Positions 10,168-21,206 of a DNA stretch of 64,000 nucleotides are shown here, piece after piece (position 1 is the stretch's first letter; each line of letters opens with the position of its first letter). The stretch is from an uncultured delta proteobacterium (lineage in GTDB: Bacteria > Desulfobacterota > Binatia > UBA9968), in NCBI GenBank assembly GCA_963847445.1, contig CAWJZV010000024.1, positions 32,001 to 96,000 on the forward strand, written 5' to 3'. Both the position numbers and the translations under genes were made by a program. Under the pieces are notes generated by a model, which saw only the letters and a list, made by a program, of their open reading frames with translations, was not told where the DNA came from and did no database searches.

Positions 10168-10909
10168 GTGTTGGAAAACAAAGTGGTGGTGATTACCGGC
10201 AGCGGCCAGGGCATCGGCAAACATGCGGCGATGACTTTCGCCAAGGAAAAGGCGAAAGTGGTGATCGCCGACTTCAACTGCCGACTTGGCGAAGAAGACA
10301 GCCACGGAGCTGAGCGCGCTGACGGAAACCATGGCGGTCCATGCGGACGTGCGCGAAGAAGAAAGCGTCAAGAAACTGATCGACCAAGTGATCGGCCGCT
10401 TCGGCCAGATCGATGTGATGATGAACAACGCGGCGATCGTGCCGCACTTCGCCTGGAACATCCCGCGCTGGCCGCTGATCGCCGACATGCCGTTGGAATT
10501 TTGGGATCGGGTGGTCAAAACCAACCTTTACGGCACCTTTTTCGGCACCAAGCATGCGATCCCGCATATGGTTAAGCGGAAGTCCGGCCACATCATTAAC
10601 CTGTACGGCGGCGGCGGCGTGAAGCCGGGCGGCGCCGGCACCTATATGGTGACCAAGGACGGCATTCGCACGTTCTCGCGTTACGTCGCCGAGGAAGTGC
10701 GCGACGCGAATATTTGCGTCGTGACCTTTTCGCCGCGCGTGCCGATCGCCACCGAGACCGCGCCGGCGGAAGCGATCCAACGGTTGCCCGGTCCCGAAGT
10801 GCTGGGCACGGGATTCGTGCTGTGCGCGCAGTTGCCGATGGAGCAGAGCGGCAAGTGCTTCGCCTATGAGAACGGCAAGCTGGTGGCTGAAACGGTGCGG
10901 GAAGGGTGA
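10168..10909 (+). CDS. Short-chain dehydrogenase/reductase (frameshift near 10280)
   Basis: VVVITGSGQGIG Rossmann motif, NNAA, YMVTK (YxxxK). Confidence 0.85.
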
Positions 10910-11125
10910 GAAGAAGGCGTGCGGCAACAGGCGGCCGGGAATGCAGGGACGGACCGTCGCCTGCCCTGAGCCGAGTCGAAGGGTGTCCGCCCGTTCTGAG
11001 GGCCGACACGCAGGTCGGCACCTACACGCGTCCGAATTGAAAATGGGTCAGGGTGCCATTTGTTTGTTGCGCGCCCTCACCTCTTTCCTCTCCCAGAGGG
11101 AGAGGAAGAAGCAACTGAAAAACTG

Positions 11126-11283
11126 ATGACGAAGAAAATCACTCGGCGAGATTTTTGCTCGATGCTCTTGGCTGATCCCTTTTCAGCCCAGGCGCAACAG
11201 GCAGGGAAAATCTTCCGCATCGGTTTGCTGGATGTAAGCACCGCTTCCGGTATGGCGGTTCTCATCGATGCGTTTCGGCAGTG
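11126..11283 (+). pseudogene. 5' fragment of an ABC_sub_bind-type SBP, truncated by a repeat
   Basis: MTKKITRR...AQAQQAGKIFRIGLLD...LIDAFRQ, running directly into the 11290-11460 palindrome. Confidence 0.7.
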
Positions 11284-11289
11284 GGATCA

Positions 11290-11460
11290 AGGGGGATTTG
11301 ATTGTTGTGTGGGGAGGTTTTCTTTGAAGCAATCGCGCCGTGATTTGTGACGATGGAGCCGCATGCACGCAAAAAATCTCCCCTGGCCCCTCTTTCCCGA
11401 AGAGGGGTAACGGATAACTTGCCTGGATGGGTAACGATGAGCTTTTTCAAAGGGGGGATT
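11290..11460. repeat. CCCCCTTT..AAAGGGGG palindromic repeat
   Basis: gggggatttgattgt...gccgcatg...aaaaaatctcccctggcccctctttcccgaagaggggtaacgga; matches 8607-8730. Confidence 0.72.
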
Positions 11461-11519
11461 AATCGAATGGATGCTTCGATTTGTTTTAACTTCTGGGTTA
11501 GGACAGTAGGGAGTCAAAG

Positions 11520-12539
11520 ATGAAAGTTATCGATGCGGATGCCCATGTGATCGAGAATGAGTCGACTTGGGATTACATGCTGGAGTCGGAGAAGGCGTTC
11601 AAACCGAAGATCGTCGGCGCGAGCAATGGCAAGGATGCGTTCGACTACTGGATGATCGACGGGCGGGTGATTCCGCGCAACAACGTCGGCCGCGATCTGC
11701 CGGTGGAGTCGCGCGAGATGAGCGATCTGAGCGCGCGGATCAAGCATATGGACGAGTTGGGCATCGACTTCCAGGTGATCTATCCGACGTTTTTTATCAC
11801 GCCGGTGAGCCGGCGGCCGGACATCGATCTCGCCGTTTCGCGCAGCTACAACCGCTGGATGGCCGACATCGTCAAAAAGCAGCCGGATCGTTTTCGCTGG
11901 GTGCTGGTGCCGCCGCTGCAAAGCCAGGAGCATCTGTCGGAGGAATTGAAGTTCGGCAAGGAGAACGGCGCCTGCGGCGTCTATATGCGCGGCTTGGAGT
12001 GCGAGCGCAGCCTAAGCGATCCTTACTTCTATTCACTGTACGAGCAGGCGAGCGCGCTCGATCTGCCGATCTGCGTGCACTCGGCCAACGGCGCGTTTAC
12101 CACCTACGATTTTTTCGCCGACGATCCGGGTTTTACTAAGTTCAAGCTCGCCGTCATCGGCGCGTTTCATTCGCTCGTGTTTCACGCCATCCCGCAGCGC
12201 TTTCCCAAGTTGAAGATCGGCATCATCGAAGTCAGCGCCCAATGGATTCCCTACGCGGTGCACGATCTGTCGCGGCGCTTCGCCCGGCGCGGCCGGACGT
12301 TCCCGCAGAATATTCTCAAAGAAAATCGCATTTACGTGACTTGCCAGACCGATGACGATCTCGACCAGGTGCTGCGTTACGCCGGCGACGATAACCTGGT
12401 CATCGGCACGGACTACGGCCACGCCGACAATGCCGCCGAGATCGAAGCGCTGCGCAAGCTGCGCACCGACGGCAAAATCAGCGGACGGGTGATCGACAAG
12501 ATCTTGCAAGATAATCCGTCGGCGTTTTACGGGTTATGA
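11520..12539 (+). CDS. Amidohydrolase family protein (Amidohydro_2; decarboxylase/hydratase-like)
   Basis: IDADAHV metal motif, QVIYPT, YNRWMAD, LPICVH, RFPKLKIG, GTDYGHAD. Confidence 0.88.
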   Translation: MKVIDADAHVIENESTWDYMLESEKAFKPKIVGASNGKDAFDYWMIDGRVIPRNNVGRDLPVESREMSDLSARIKHMDELGIDFQVIYPTFFITPVSRRPDIDLAVSRSYNRWMADIVKKQPDRFRWVLVPPLQSQEHLSEELKFGKENGACGVYMRGLECERSLSDPYFYSLYEQASALDLPICVHSANGAFTTYDFFADDPGFTKFKLAVIGAFHSLVFHAIPQRFPKLKIGIIEVSAQWIPYAVHDLSRRFARRGRTFPQNILKENRIYVTCQTDDDLDQVLRYAGDDNLVIGTDYGHADNAAEIEALRKLRTDGKISGRVIDKILQDNPSAFYGL

Positions 12540-12555
12540 AATCAAAAGAGGATTC

Positions 12556-12750
12556 TCTCGCAAAGGCGCAAAGATGCCAAGAAAATGAATTCGAAGCACG
12601 AAATCCGAAATTCCGAAACAAATTCAAATGATCGAAAATCAGAAAATTCCAAACGGGCCCGACTCGGATTCGAAGTTTTGGATTTTCCGTCTTTGTGAAT
12701 TATTTTGGCCGCGGTTTGTTTCGGATTTAGATATTCGAATTTCGGATTTA
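12556..12750. repeat. CGCAAAG unit plus CGAAAT/ATTTCG palindrome
   Basis: ctcgcaaaggcgcaaag; ttcgaagcacgaaatccgaaattccgaaacaaattcaaa...tttgtttcggatttagatattcgaatttcgga. Confidence 0.72.
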
Positions 12751-12766
12751 TTTAAGGAGGTTGCAG

Positions 12767-13806
12767 ATGTTAAGTATCGATGCTGACGCGCATGTGATCG
12801 AGTGCGAGAAGACTTGGGATTATTTAGAAGGCGCCGACAAGCGCTATCGGCCGGTGCCGATCGCCGTCGACATGCCGACCGGCAAGAAGAGCAACTTTTG
12901 GATCATCGGCGGGCGCTTGATCGGCGGGCGCGACAACATCGGCCAGGACACCTCGAAGGAATCCCGCGAGATGGCCAACATCGACTCGCGGTTGAAACAT
13001 ATGGACGACATCGGCACCGGCGTGCAGGTGCTCTATCCGACGTTGTTTCTTGCGGCCGGTGACCGACAATCCGCGCATCGAGCTGGCGCTGTGCAAGTCC
13101 TACAACCGCTGGATGGCGGATATTTGGTCGAAGGATAAGAAGCGTTTGCGCTGGGCGGTGCAGTTGCCGCTGTTGACCATGGACGCGGCGCTTGGATGAA
13201 TTGCGCTGGTCCAAGGGCAACGGCGCCTGCGCGGTGTTCATGCGCGGCATCGAGACCAATCACGTGCTGCACGATCCGTACTTTTTCCCGCTCTACGAGG
13301 AGGCGAGCCGGCTCAATCTGCCCATCGGCATTCACTCCGGCATCGGCAACTTCACCGTCAACGACATGCTCGGCGCCGAGCCGTTTCGCGTCGCCAAGCT
13401 GATCGTCATCGGCGGCTTTCACTCGATGATCTTGAACGGCATCCTGGAAAAGTTTCCCAAGCTGCGCGTCGGCGCTATCGAAGTGGCGGCGCAGTGGGTG
13501 CCGTATATCGTGCACGATTTGAATCTGCGTTTCCCCAAGCTCGAAGGCAAAGAAGCGCGGCCCGACGTCTTGACCGGCAGCAGCCAGTTGTTCGTCGCCT
13601 GCCAGACCGACGACGACCTGCCCTACGTGCTCAAGTACGCCGGCGAAAATTGCTTGATGATCGGCTCGGACTACGGCCACGCCGATAATGCCAGCGAGTT
13701 GCTCGCCTTGGCGAAGTTGAAAGAAACCAGTGACATCGATCCCAAAGTGATCGACAAAATTCTGACTTACAATCCGGCGAAGTTTTACGGGCTGGATGTG
13801 GATTGA
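12767..13806 (+). CDS. Amidohydrolase family protein (Amidohydro_2), frameshifted near 13050 and 13190
   Basis: RBS AGGAGG; IDADAHV, QVLYPT, LPIGIH, KFPKLRVG, GSDYGHAD. Paralog of 11520 and 59820. Confidence 0.82.
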
Positions 13807-14044
13807 GAAACGTGATCGTGTTCGTGATCGTGGCTCGTGGTCGATTGGACGTGCTCGAAAGCGCTGCGTTGTCCCTTTGAGTTTCCCCTCGCCCGTTGCG
13901 GGAGAGGAGGGTGAGGGTTCTTGTAGGGCGATCGGCGGTCGCCCTTGCCCTCATCCCTGCCTTCTCCCAGAGGGAGAAGGGGTAAGACATCTCGAGTGAG
14001 GATTGACCCTAGCCGAAAGACAAACTAAATCGATGAGTGAAATC

Positions 14045-15196
14045 ATGGCTGATACTTACGATTTACTTTTGACCGGCGGCACGGTGGTCAATCCGGCGAC
14101 CAAGACCAATGAGAAACTCGACGTCGGCGTCAAAGGCGATCGGGTCACGGCGATTCAAGCGAGCATTCCGCGCACCGAGTGTCAAGCGCGTCATCGATGT
14201 CACCGGCTGCTACGTGACGCCGGGGTTGATCGACTTCCATGTGCATAGTTACTGGGGAGTGAATCCCTACGGCTGCGATCTCGACGCGCTGTGTCTTGCC
14301 ACCGGTGTGACCACGCGCGCTCGATGCCGGCTCGGCCGGGCCGGTGAACCTGCTCGGCTTTCGCAAACTCGTCTACGAGCGATCGAAGACGCGCATGATC
14401 GGTTTCGTCGCGTTGGCGCAGCATGGCGTGCTGCAACGAACCGGGCGAGCTGCTTAATTTGGGCTTCGCCGACTTGCGACGGCTCGGCGCAAGCGGTGAT
14501 CGACAACCGCGACATCGGCGTCGGCATCAAAGTCCGGTTGCACAAGAAATCCATCGGCGATAACAGCCGCGAAGCCTTGCGCCTGGCGATCAAGGCCGGC
14601 GAAGCGTCGGGCACGCCGATCATGGTCCATGTCGGCAGCACGGCGATCGGCATGGACGAGATCGCCGACACGTTGCGGCCGGGCGACATCATCACGCACT
14701 GCTACACGCCGCAGAAGCCGTCGATCATCGACGACAAGGGTAAGCTGCTGCCGCTCGTGCGCAAGGCCAAAGAGCGCGGCGTGATCTTCGATGTCGGCCA
14801 TGCCGGCGGCCATTTCGATTTCGCTCTGGTCGAGCGCGCCATGGGCGAGGGGATCATGCCCGATATCATCAGCTCGGACCTGCACGGGCGCTTGAGCCAG
14901 CCGGGCTTTGGCGTCGTCGGCGATTTACCGACGGTGCTGACTAAGTTCATTGCCGCTAGGCTTGAGCTTCGATGAGATTATCGCCAAGCTGCACGGTCGA
15001 CGCCGCGCAAGCGGTTGGCTGGCAAGACCGTATCGGCAGTCTCGAAGTCGGCCGCGAAGCGGATATCGCCGTGCTGCAAATCGTCGACGATCCGGTGACG
15101 CTGCACGACTCCGTCGGCGGCGAGAAGTTGCACAAGCAACGCATCGCCGCCAAGTGGACCGTCCGCGCCGGCGAAGTGTTTCAAGGCCGCGGGTGA
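14045..15196 (+). CDS. Dihydroorotase-like amidohydrolase/deacetylase, several frameshifts
   Basis: DLLLTGGTVVNP, PGLIDFHVH, GIKVRL, MVHVG, GDIITHCY, FDVGHAGGHF, ISSDLH, IGSLEVGREADIAVL. Confidence 0.82.
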
Positions 15197-15517
15197 GATA
15201 GGATTCGGAATCGGGATTTGACCACAAAGAGCGCAAGCCGGATTCGGACGTATTGCAACGCCGAGGTGCGGTCGGCAATCGCAGATGCGAATTCACCAGG
15301 CGCGCAAATTTCAGAATCGCAAAGGGCGCAAACTTCGAAGGGAAATCGTTGGGGCGTATGGCATACGCCCTGGGGTGGCGGAGAGGCGAACGCGTCGCCA
15401 CAGGATTTGCGAAGACGACGCTAATTCATTAGGAAAGTTATACGAAGGACAGAAAGGGTTCCATCGTAGGGGCAAAGTCGTGGCTTGCCCATTAATCGCG
15501 TGGAGAAAGAGGGAACA

Positions 15518-16549
15518 ATGCGAAAAGCAATTCGACTTTCATTATTGATGCTGATGGCAACGGTTGCGACCGCGGCGGCGCAGACGCCTTACTATCAAGG
15601 CAAGACGATCACGATCATCACCGGCAGCCAGACCGGCGACGTTTTCGATATCTTTGCGCGCATGATCGCGGCGCATATGGGCAAGAATATTCCCGGCAAT
15701 CCTAACATCGTCGTGCAGAATATGACCGGCGCCGGCCATATCGTCGCGGCGAATTTCGTTTATAGCGTCGCCAAACCCGACGGTCTGACGCTGCTCGCGC
15801 CCAACCCCAATCTTTACGTCGATCAACTGATCGGCCGGCCCGAGATCAAATTCGACTGGGCAAAGTTTGCCTGGCTCGGCAATGCTCAACGCACGACGGA
15901 CATGCTCTACATGCGCACCGACGCTCCTTTCAAAACCATGGAAGATGTGCGCAGCGCCAAGGAGCCGCCGAAATGCGGTGCCACCGGCACCGGTACCACC
16001 GGATTCATGGTGCCGCGGCTGTTGGATGAAACCATCGGCGCGAAATTCAATGTGATTACCGGTTACAAGGGCGGCAACGAAGTTGACTTGGCGGTGGAAC
16101 GAGGGGAGATCCAGTGCCGGGCCTTCAGTGTTACGGCCTTCTTCGCTCGCGAGCCTTTTCATACCTGGCGCAAAAACAACTTTGCGCGGGCGATTATCCA
16201 AATGGGCCACAAGCGAGATAGCCGGTTGCCTGATGTGGCGACGCTCAATGAATTGATGGAAAAATATAAGACTCCCGAAATCAGCCGTCGCGTGGCGTTG
16301 GTGGTAACCGCATCGGAAATCTTTCAACGCCCTTACATGGGCCCGCCGGGCTTGCGCCCCGAGCTGGTGAAAATTCTCCGCGAAGCGTTTCAGAAGACGC
16401 TGAAGGACAACGCGTTTTTGGAAGACGTAAAAAGCAAGAAGCTCGATGCCGAGTACACTTCCGGCGAAGAGATGGAAACCATGGCCAAAGAGATGATGTC
16501 GCAGCGGCCGGAGGTTGTCGAACGATTGAGGAAAGTGTTGGGAAACTAA
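15518..16549 (+). CDS. TctC/Bug family substrate-binding protein
   Basis: AQTPYYQGKTITII, IPGNPNIVVQNMTGAG, KPDGLT, GYKGGNEVDLAVERGE. Confidence 0.9.
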   Translation: MRKAIRLSLLMLMATVATAAAQTPYYQGKTITIITGSQTGDVFDIFARMIAAHMGKNIPGNPNIVVQNMTGAGHIVAANFVYSVAKPDGLTLLAPNPNLYVDQLIGRPEIKFDWAKFAWLGNAQRTTDMLYMRTDAPFKTMEDVRSAKEPPKCGATGTGTTGFMVPRLLDETIGAKFNVITGYKGGNEVDLAVERGEIQCRAFSVTAFFAREPFHTWRKNNFARAIIQMGHKRDSRLPDVATLNELMEKYKTPEISRRVALVVTASEIFQRPYMGPPGLRPELVKILREAFQKTLKDNAFLEDVKSKKLDAEYTSGEEMETMAKEMMSQRPEVVERLRKVLGN

Positions 16550-16614
16550 GATGGCAAGTAAGGCAATCTGTCCAGGGGCCGATAGGCCGTGTCCCTGCAC
16601 TTCGGAGGTTTATC

Positions 16615-17326
16615 ATGAGTTCATCGTGGGAAAACGTCAAAGTCGATGGCTCGAACATGCGCGCTTACGTCAGCGCGCCGGACGATTCGAGCAAAGCTCC
16701 GGCGATCGTCATCGTCCAGGGCCAGACCGGCGTCGACGATTTTGTTCAATTTACCCGCATGGTCGCGAGCGAAGGATTTGTCGGCGCGGCGCCGGATCTC
16801 TATCACCGCGATCCGGCGGACTGCAAAGACGACGCGCCGACGCGGCGCATGCGCTTGACCGATCAGACCGTGATCGCGGACGTCAATGCGACGGTCGGAC
16901 TTTCTCAAGTCGCATCCCGTCGGTCGACCCGGCGCGGATCGGCATCGTCGGCTTCTGCATGGGCGGGCGGGCGGTCTATTTGATGTCGGCGGTGAATCCG
17001 GACCTCAAAGCCGGCGTGATGTATTACGGCAGCGATCCGTTTCATGCCTGGGGCGATGGACCGTCGCCGTTCGAGCGCACGGCAAAGATATCCACTGCCC
17101 GATCATGGGCCACTTCGGCGAAGACGATAAGAATCCATCACCGGCGGATATGCGCAAGCTCGACGCCGAGATGACGCGGCTCGGCAAAGTCCACGAATTT
17201 CATTCCTATGCCAACGCCGCCCATGCCTTCGCCAATTTCGGCTCGCCGGGATACCGCGAACACGCGGCAACGGCTTCGTGGCCGCGGACCTTCGGGTTTT
17301 TTTCCAAGCATCTCAAGGGACGCTAA
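16615..17326 (+). CDS. Dienelactone hydrolase family protein (frameshifts near 16900 and 17085)
   Basis: APDLYHR, IGIVGFCMGG nucleophile motif, GHFGEDD, YANAAHAF. Confidence 0.85.
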
Positions 17327-17527
17327 GATCGATCTGTTCAAGTCGTTCAAAAGGTTCAAACCGTTCAAACCGTTTCCGAAGATCTCGCAGTTTGCGAAAA
17401 CCTTTTCGAGGTGCCGTATCGACATTGCTCATGACGACCGGACGATTGACTGAAATGACTGCGATAAATTCGTTCATGCTGAGCGTGTCGAAGCATGCTC
17501 TGCACTTTGTTTCTCAGCTAGGATCTA

Positions 17528-18526
17528 TTACCGGTACAGCCGGTCGAAAAATCCTTCCTTTTCCAGTTCTGCGACGATGGTGTCGTCGACGATGTCGTCG
17601 ACCTTCACGGTCGAGCCGGGCTTTTTCGACAGCGCGTCTTTGAGTTGAATATCCATGCCTTCCCTGCCGACGTAGGGCACGCGATCTAAAAGTTTCGCAT
17701 TGGTTTCCCAGGCGGCTTCCAGGTACGCCGGGTCATTCTGGCGCGAATACTTGGCGAGAATTTGCTTGCTCTCCTCCTTGCGGGTCTTGAAAAAGTGCGA
17801 GCCTTCGCTGAGCGCCATGACCAAACGTTTAACCGTCGGACGGTTGGCTGCTAGGTAATTTTTCGTCGTCGTGCCGCAGATGTAGGGAAATGGATAAGGC
17901 TTTTGAAAGTCGGCGGTGCTGACCAAAACCCGCTGCGGCATGCCTTTCGTCAGGTGCAAGACTCCGGGAGGCGCGGGGAACGCGGCGATGCGGCCGGTGC
18001 GGAACGCAGCGGCGCGTTCGCCGCCGCCGCCCACTTGGATCATCGCCACGTCTTTGTCCGGTTCCAAGCCGAGATATTTGAGAAACACCCGCGCGATCAC
18101 GTCCGATGAACTGCCGATGCGGCTGATGCCCATGCTCTTGCCTTTCAACTGCTCCTTGGTCTTGATCGACTCCTGGACGATCAACTCGTAGGGCAATGTG
18201 TTCATGAAGCAGGCGACCGCGACCAAGTTGGCGCCGCTGACGGCGGCGCTGGCGATGGTGCCGCCGGTGCCATTGCCGAATTTTAATTGCCCGGCGACCA
18301 GCACGGCGACGTTGGTGGACGACGCTGGGATAAAGATCGATTCGACGTCGAGGCCATGTTTTTTGTACAAGCCTTTTTCCTGGGCGATGTACCAATTGGC
18401 GCTCGGCGCGTCGATGGAGCTGTAGGAGACCGTGAGCTTCTCTTGGGCGGAGAGATTCGGATTGGCCGCAAAGAACGCAAAGAACACAAATAGGAAACAT
18501 CGTCGGCAAGTTTTGGACATCGTCAT
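17528..18526 (-). CDS. ABC substrate-binding protein, NMT1/THI5/SsuA-like
   Basis: IAQEKGLYKKHGLDVE, QLKGKSMGISRIGSSSD, VDDTIVAELEKEGFFDRLY. Confidence 0.88.
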   Translation of the reverse strand: MTMSKTCRRCFLFVFFAFFAANPNLSAQEKLTVSYSSIDAPSANWYIAQEKGLYKKHGLDVESIFIPASSTNVAVLVAGQLKFGNGTGGTIASAAVSGANLVAVACFMNTLPYELIVQESIKTKEQLKGKSMGISRIGSSSDVIARVFLKYLGLEPDKDVAMIQVGGGGERAAAFRTGRIAAFPAPPGVLHLTKGMPQRVLVSTADFQKPYPFPYICGTTTKNYLAANRPTVKRLVMALSEGSHFFKTRKEESKQILAKYSRQNDPAYLEAAWETNAKLLDRVPYVGREGMDIQLKDALSKKPGSTVKVDDIVDDTIVAELEKEGFFDRLYR

Positions 18527-18546
18527 CGGGCCTCCGTTTGGCGGCG

Positions 18547-18575
18547 ATAGTAGTGAAGGATTGTGATTCGGTCAA
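18547..18575 (-). promoter_or_regulatory. Putative sigma70 promoter for the SBP gene
   Basis: Minus strand TTGACC-N17-TACTAT, 20 nt upstream of the 18526 start. Confidence 0.45.
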
Positions 18576-18657
18576 GGCGGCGTTGACGTTGGTGCGGTGG
18601 GTCGGTTAGTGTTTCTTTGATTCGTACCCATCAACTTATGTTAGAAGGAGAACCGCC

Positions 18658-18942
18658 ATGCTATCCGCTATCGTATTGCTCACTACCGATCGCGACAAAA
18701 CCAACAAAGTTGCCGAGGCCCTCGCCGACTTGGACGGCGTCACGGAAGTCTACTCGGTGGCGGGGCGCTATGACCTGGCGGCGATCGTGCGCGCGAGCGA
18801 TAACGATCAGCTGGCGAAAGTGGTCACGGAACGGATTCGCGCTGTGCCGGGCATTACAAGCTCGGAGACTCTGATCGCGTTCCGCGTCTACTCGCGGCAT
18901 GATCTGGAACGGATGTTCTCCATCGGCATGGAGCATCCATAG
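18658..18942 (+). CDS. Stand-alone Lrp/AsnC ligand-binding domain protein
   Basis: GVTEVYSVAGRYDLAAIV...IRAVPGITSSETLIAF; no HTH; RBS AAGGAG. Confidence 0.88.
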   Translation: MLSAIVLLTTDRDKTNKVAEALADLDGVTEVYSVAGRYDLAAIVRASDNDQLAKVVTERIRAVPGITSSETLIAFRVYSRHDLERMFSIGMEHP

Positions 18943-19199
18943 CCAGCGACTGAAAAAGACTCATCTACTTCGTTGCGCTCGATCTCCTCGCGTCAACGTA
19001 CAGGAGTACGCCTCCGCTCGTCGATTCTTCGCGCGCCTCGTAGCTGAATCTTTTTGAGTCGCTGGCCAAGCGCTGCAGCGTCCGGCTAAAAACTCATTGA
19101 CTTCCGTGCGTCGATCTCCTCGCGTCAACGTACAGGAGTACGCCTCCGCTCGTCGATTCTTCGCGCGCCTCGTAGCTGAATCTTTTTGAGTCGCTGGCC
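18943..19199. repeat. Two tandem ~130-bp MITE/REP-like palindromic units (CGTAC-N4-GTACG core)
   Basis: 18979-19067 and 19111-19199 are identical over 89 bp. Unit 1 has 26-bp imperfect terminal inverted repeats ccagcgactgaaaaagactcatctac / gtagctgaatctttttgagtcgctgg. Confidence 0.85.
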
Positions 19200-19394
19200 T
19201 AAAGATAGCCCACCGGCCATGGGATTGTTCCAATCGTTCCAGCCGTTCAAAACGTTCAAGTCGTTTTCGGATAATGACAATGTTCCAATGATTGTCATTT
19301 CGCGGCGGAGCCGAGAAATCTTCGGAAGATCCCTCACGTTGTTCGGGATGACAGCGAGTATTTCGCAAAAAGCGATCTGGTAAAAGTCAGCTAA

Positions 19395-20882
19395 TCAACT
19401 GCGGCGCGCGATTCGGACGATGATCGGCAAGATGAGCAGCAGTAACGAGACGGCCAGGATGCTCGCCGAGATCGGATGGGTGATGAAAACTGACGGATCG
19501 CCTTGGCTGATCGCCAATGCGCGGCGGGCTTGGGTTTCGGCCAGGGGGCCGAGGATGAGGCCGATGACCGCGGGGGCGACGGGGATGTTCCAGCGGCGCA
19601 TGGCGAAGCCGAGCAGGCCGAAGACGTAGAGTGTGATCAAATCCACCACCGATTGATGCAAACTGTACGCGCCGAGGGTGGCGAATACTAAGATGCCGGC
19701 GTAAAGCAGCGGTTGCGGGATCGTCAGAACTTTCACCCACATGCCGACTAGCGGCAAGTTGAGTATCAGCAGCAAGGCATTGCCGATATACAAACTGGCT
19801 AACAGTCCCCAAACCAAATCCGGCTGCATCTGAAACAGCAGCGGCCCCGGCGAGATGCCGTAGTTCTGAAACGCGCTGAGCAACACCGCGGCGGTGGCCG
19901 AAGTCGGAATGCCAAGCGTTAATAGCGGCACCAGTGCGCCGGTAACCGAGGCATTGTTGGCCGCTTCGGGACCGGCGACGCCTTCGATGGCGCCGTGGCC
20001 GAATTCTTCGGGATGTTTCGTCAGTCTTTTTTCCGTCGCATAGGACAGGAAGGTGGGAATCTCGGCGCCGCCCGCTGGAATCGAGCCGAAAGGGAACCCG
20101 ATGGCGGTGGCGCGCAGCCAGGCGGGCCAGGAACGTTTCCAGTCTTCCTTCGACATCCATAGCGAACCTTTGATCTGTTCCATCTTCTCTTCGAGGCGGC
20201 TCGCGTAGGCTCCGACATAGAGCGCCTCGCCGACGGCGAACAGGCCGACGGCGAGCACGACCACGTCGATGCCATCCAACAGTTCCGGCACGCCGAAGGC
20301 GAAGCGCGACTTGCCGGTTTGACTGTCGATGCCGATGAGGCCCAGCAGCAAGCCGAGAAACAGACTGGTCAAGCCGCGCACGGTGGAACTGCCGATCACC
20401 GCCGAAACCGTCGTGAAGGCGAACACCATCAGGGCGAAGTATTCCGCCGGGCCGAACTTGAGCGCGACTTCGACGACGATGGGCGCGAGCAAGGTGACAA
20501 GAATTGTCGCGATGGTGCCGGCGACGAAGGAGCCGATGGCGCTGGTGGCGAGGGCCGGGCCGGCGCGGCCGTTCTTGGCCATCATGTTGCCTTCCAAGGC
20601 GGTGGCGATGGATGCCGACTCGCCGGGAGTATTCAACAAGATCGTCGTCGTCGAGCCGCCGTACATGGCACCGTAATAGATGCCTGCGAACATGATCAGC
20701 GCACCGGTGGGATCGAGCTTAATCGTCAGAGGCATCAGCATGGCGACGGTGAGAGCCGGACCGACGCCGGGCAGCACGCCGATGAAAGTGCCGAGCATGG
20801 TGCCGATGAAACCCCAAAGCAGATTGAGCGGCGTCAGGGCGATACTAAAGCCGTGTAACAATGAGGTGAAAGTCTCGGCCAT
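19395..20882 (-). CDS. tctA: Tripartite tricarboxylate transporter large membrane subunit
   Basis: [41 protein letters not shown]; about 12 hydrophobic segments. Confidence 0.95.
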   Translation of the reverse strand: MAETFTSLLHGFSIALTPLNLLWGFIGTMLGTFIGVLPGVGPALTVAMLMPLTIKLDPTGALIMFAGIYYGAMYGGSTTTILLNTPGESASIATALEGNMMAKNGRAGPALATSAIGSFVAGTIATILVTLLAPIVVEVALKFGPAEYFALMVFAFTTVSAVIGSSTVRGLTSLFLGLLLGLIGIDSQTGKSRFAFGVPELLDGIDVVVLAVGLFAVGEALYVGAYASRLEEKMEQIKGSLWMSKEDWKRSWPAWLRATAIGFPFGSIPAGGAEIPTFLSYATEKRLTKHPEEFGHGAIEGVAGPEAANNASVTGALVPLLTLGIPTSATAAVLLSAFQNYGISPGPLLFQMQPDLVWGLLASLYIGNALLLILNLPLVGMWVKVLTIPQPLLYAGILVFATLGAYSLHQSVVDLITLYVFGLLGFAMRRWNIPVAPAVIGLILGPLAETQARRALAISQGDPSVFITHPISASILAVSLLLLILPIIVRIARRS

Positions 20883-20949
20883 TAGCTTCTTCCGTTAGAA
20901 ATGTTCAGCAGAACCATTTCAGTTATTCGCGCGTAGAGGCCAGCGAAAG

Positions 20950-21185
20950 AAAATCCGAAAGTCGAATATCGAATCAAACCGCACAAGGGAAAATCCGAAA
21001 TTCGAAGCACTCAAGAAGCCCCGCGGACCGAAACAAACCGGGGCCAAACAAATTCAAAATCAGAAAATCCAAAACAGTGAATTCAATCCTTCCCGTTTGG
21101 AACATTGCTACTAGTTTTTCAGTCATTAGAATTTGTTTCGAGTTTCGTGCTTCGGTCCGGGGGGCCGCTTTCGTGCTTCGAGTTT
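20950..21185. repeat. CGAAAT/ATTTCG-family palindrome between tctB and tctA
   Basis: aaatccgaaattcgaagcac...ccccgcggaccgaaacaaa...tttgtttcgagtttcgtgcttcgg. Confidence 0.72.
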
Positions 21186-21206
21186 TTCCGTATTTTCTCC
21201 TCGTTT

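Noticed and set aside
18943-19199. Possible CRISPR array
   Set aside because: Only two units, an 89-bp repeat, a palindromic whole-unit structure and no cas genes.
18961-19368. 135-aa ORF with an internal peptide repeat (and small ORFs at 4164, 20974, 37428 and 48606)
   Set aside because: Translations of palindromic repeat DNA rather than genes.
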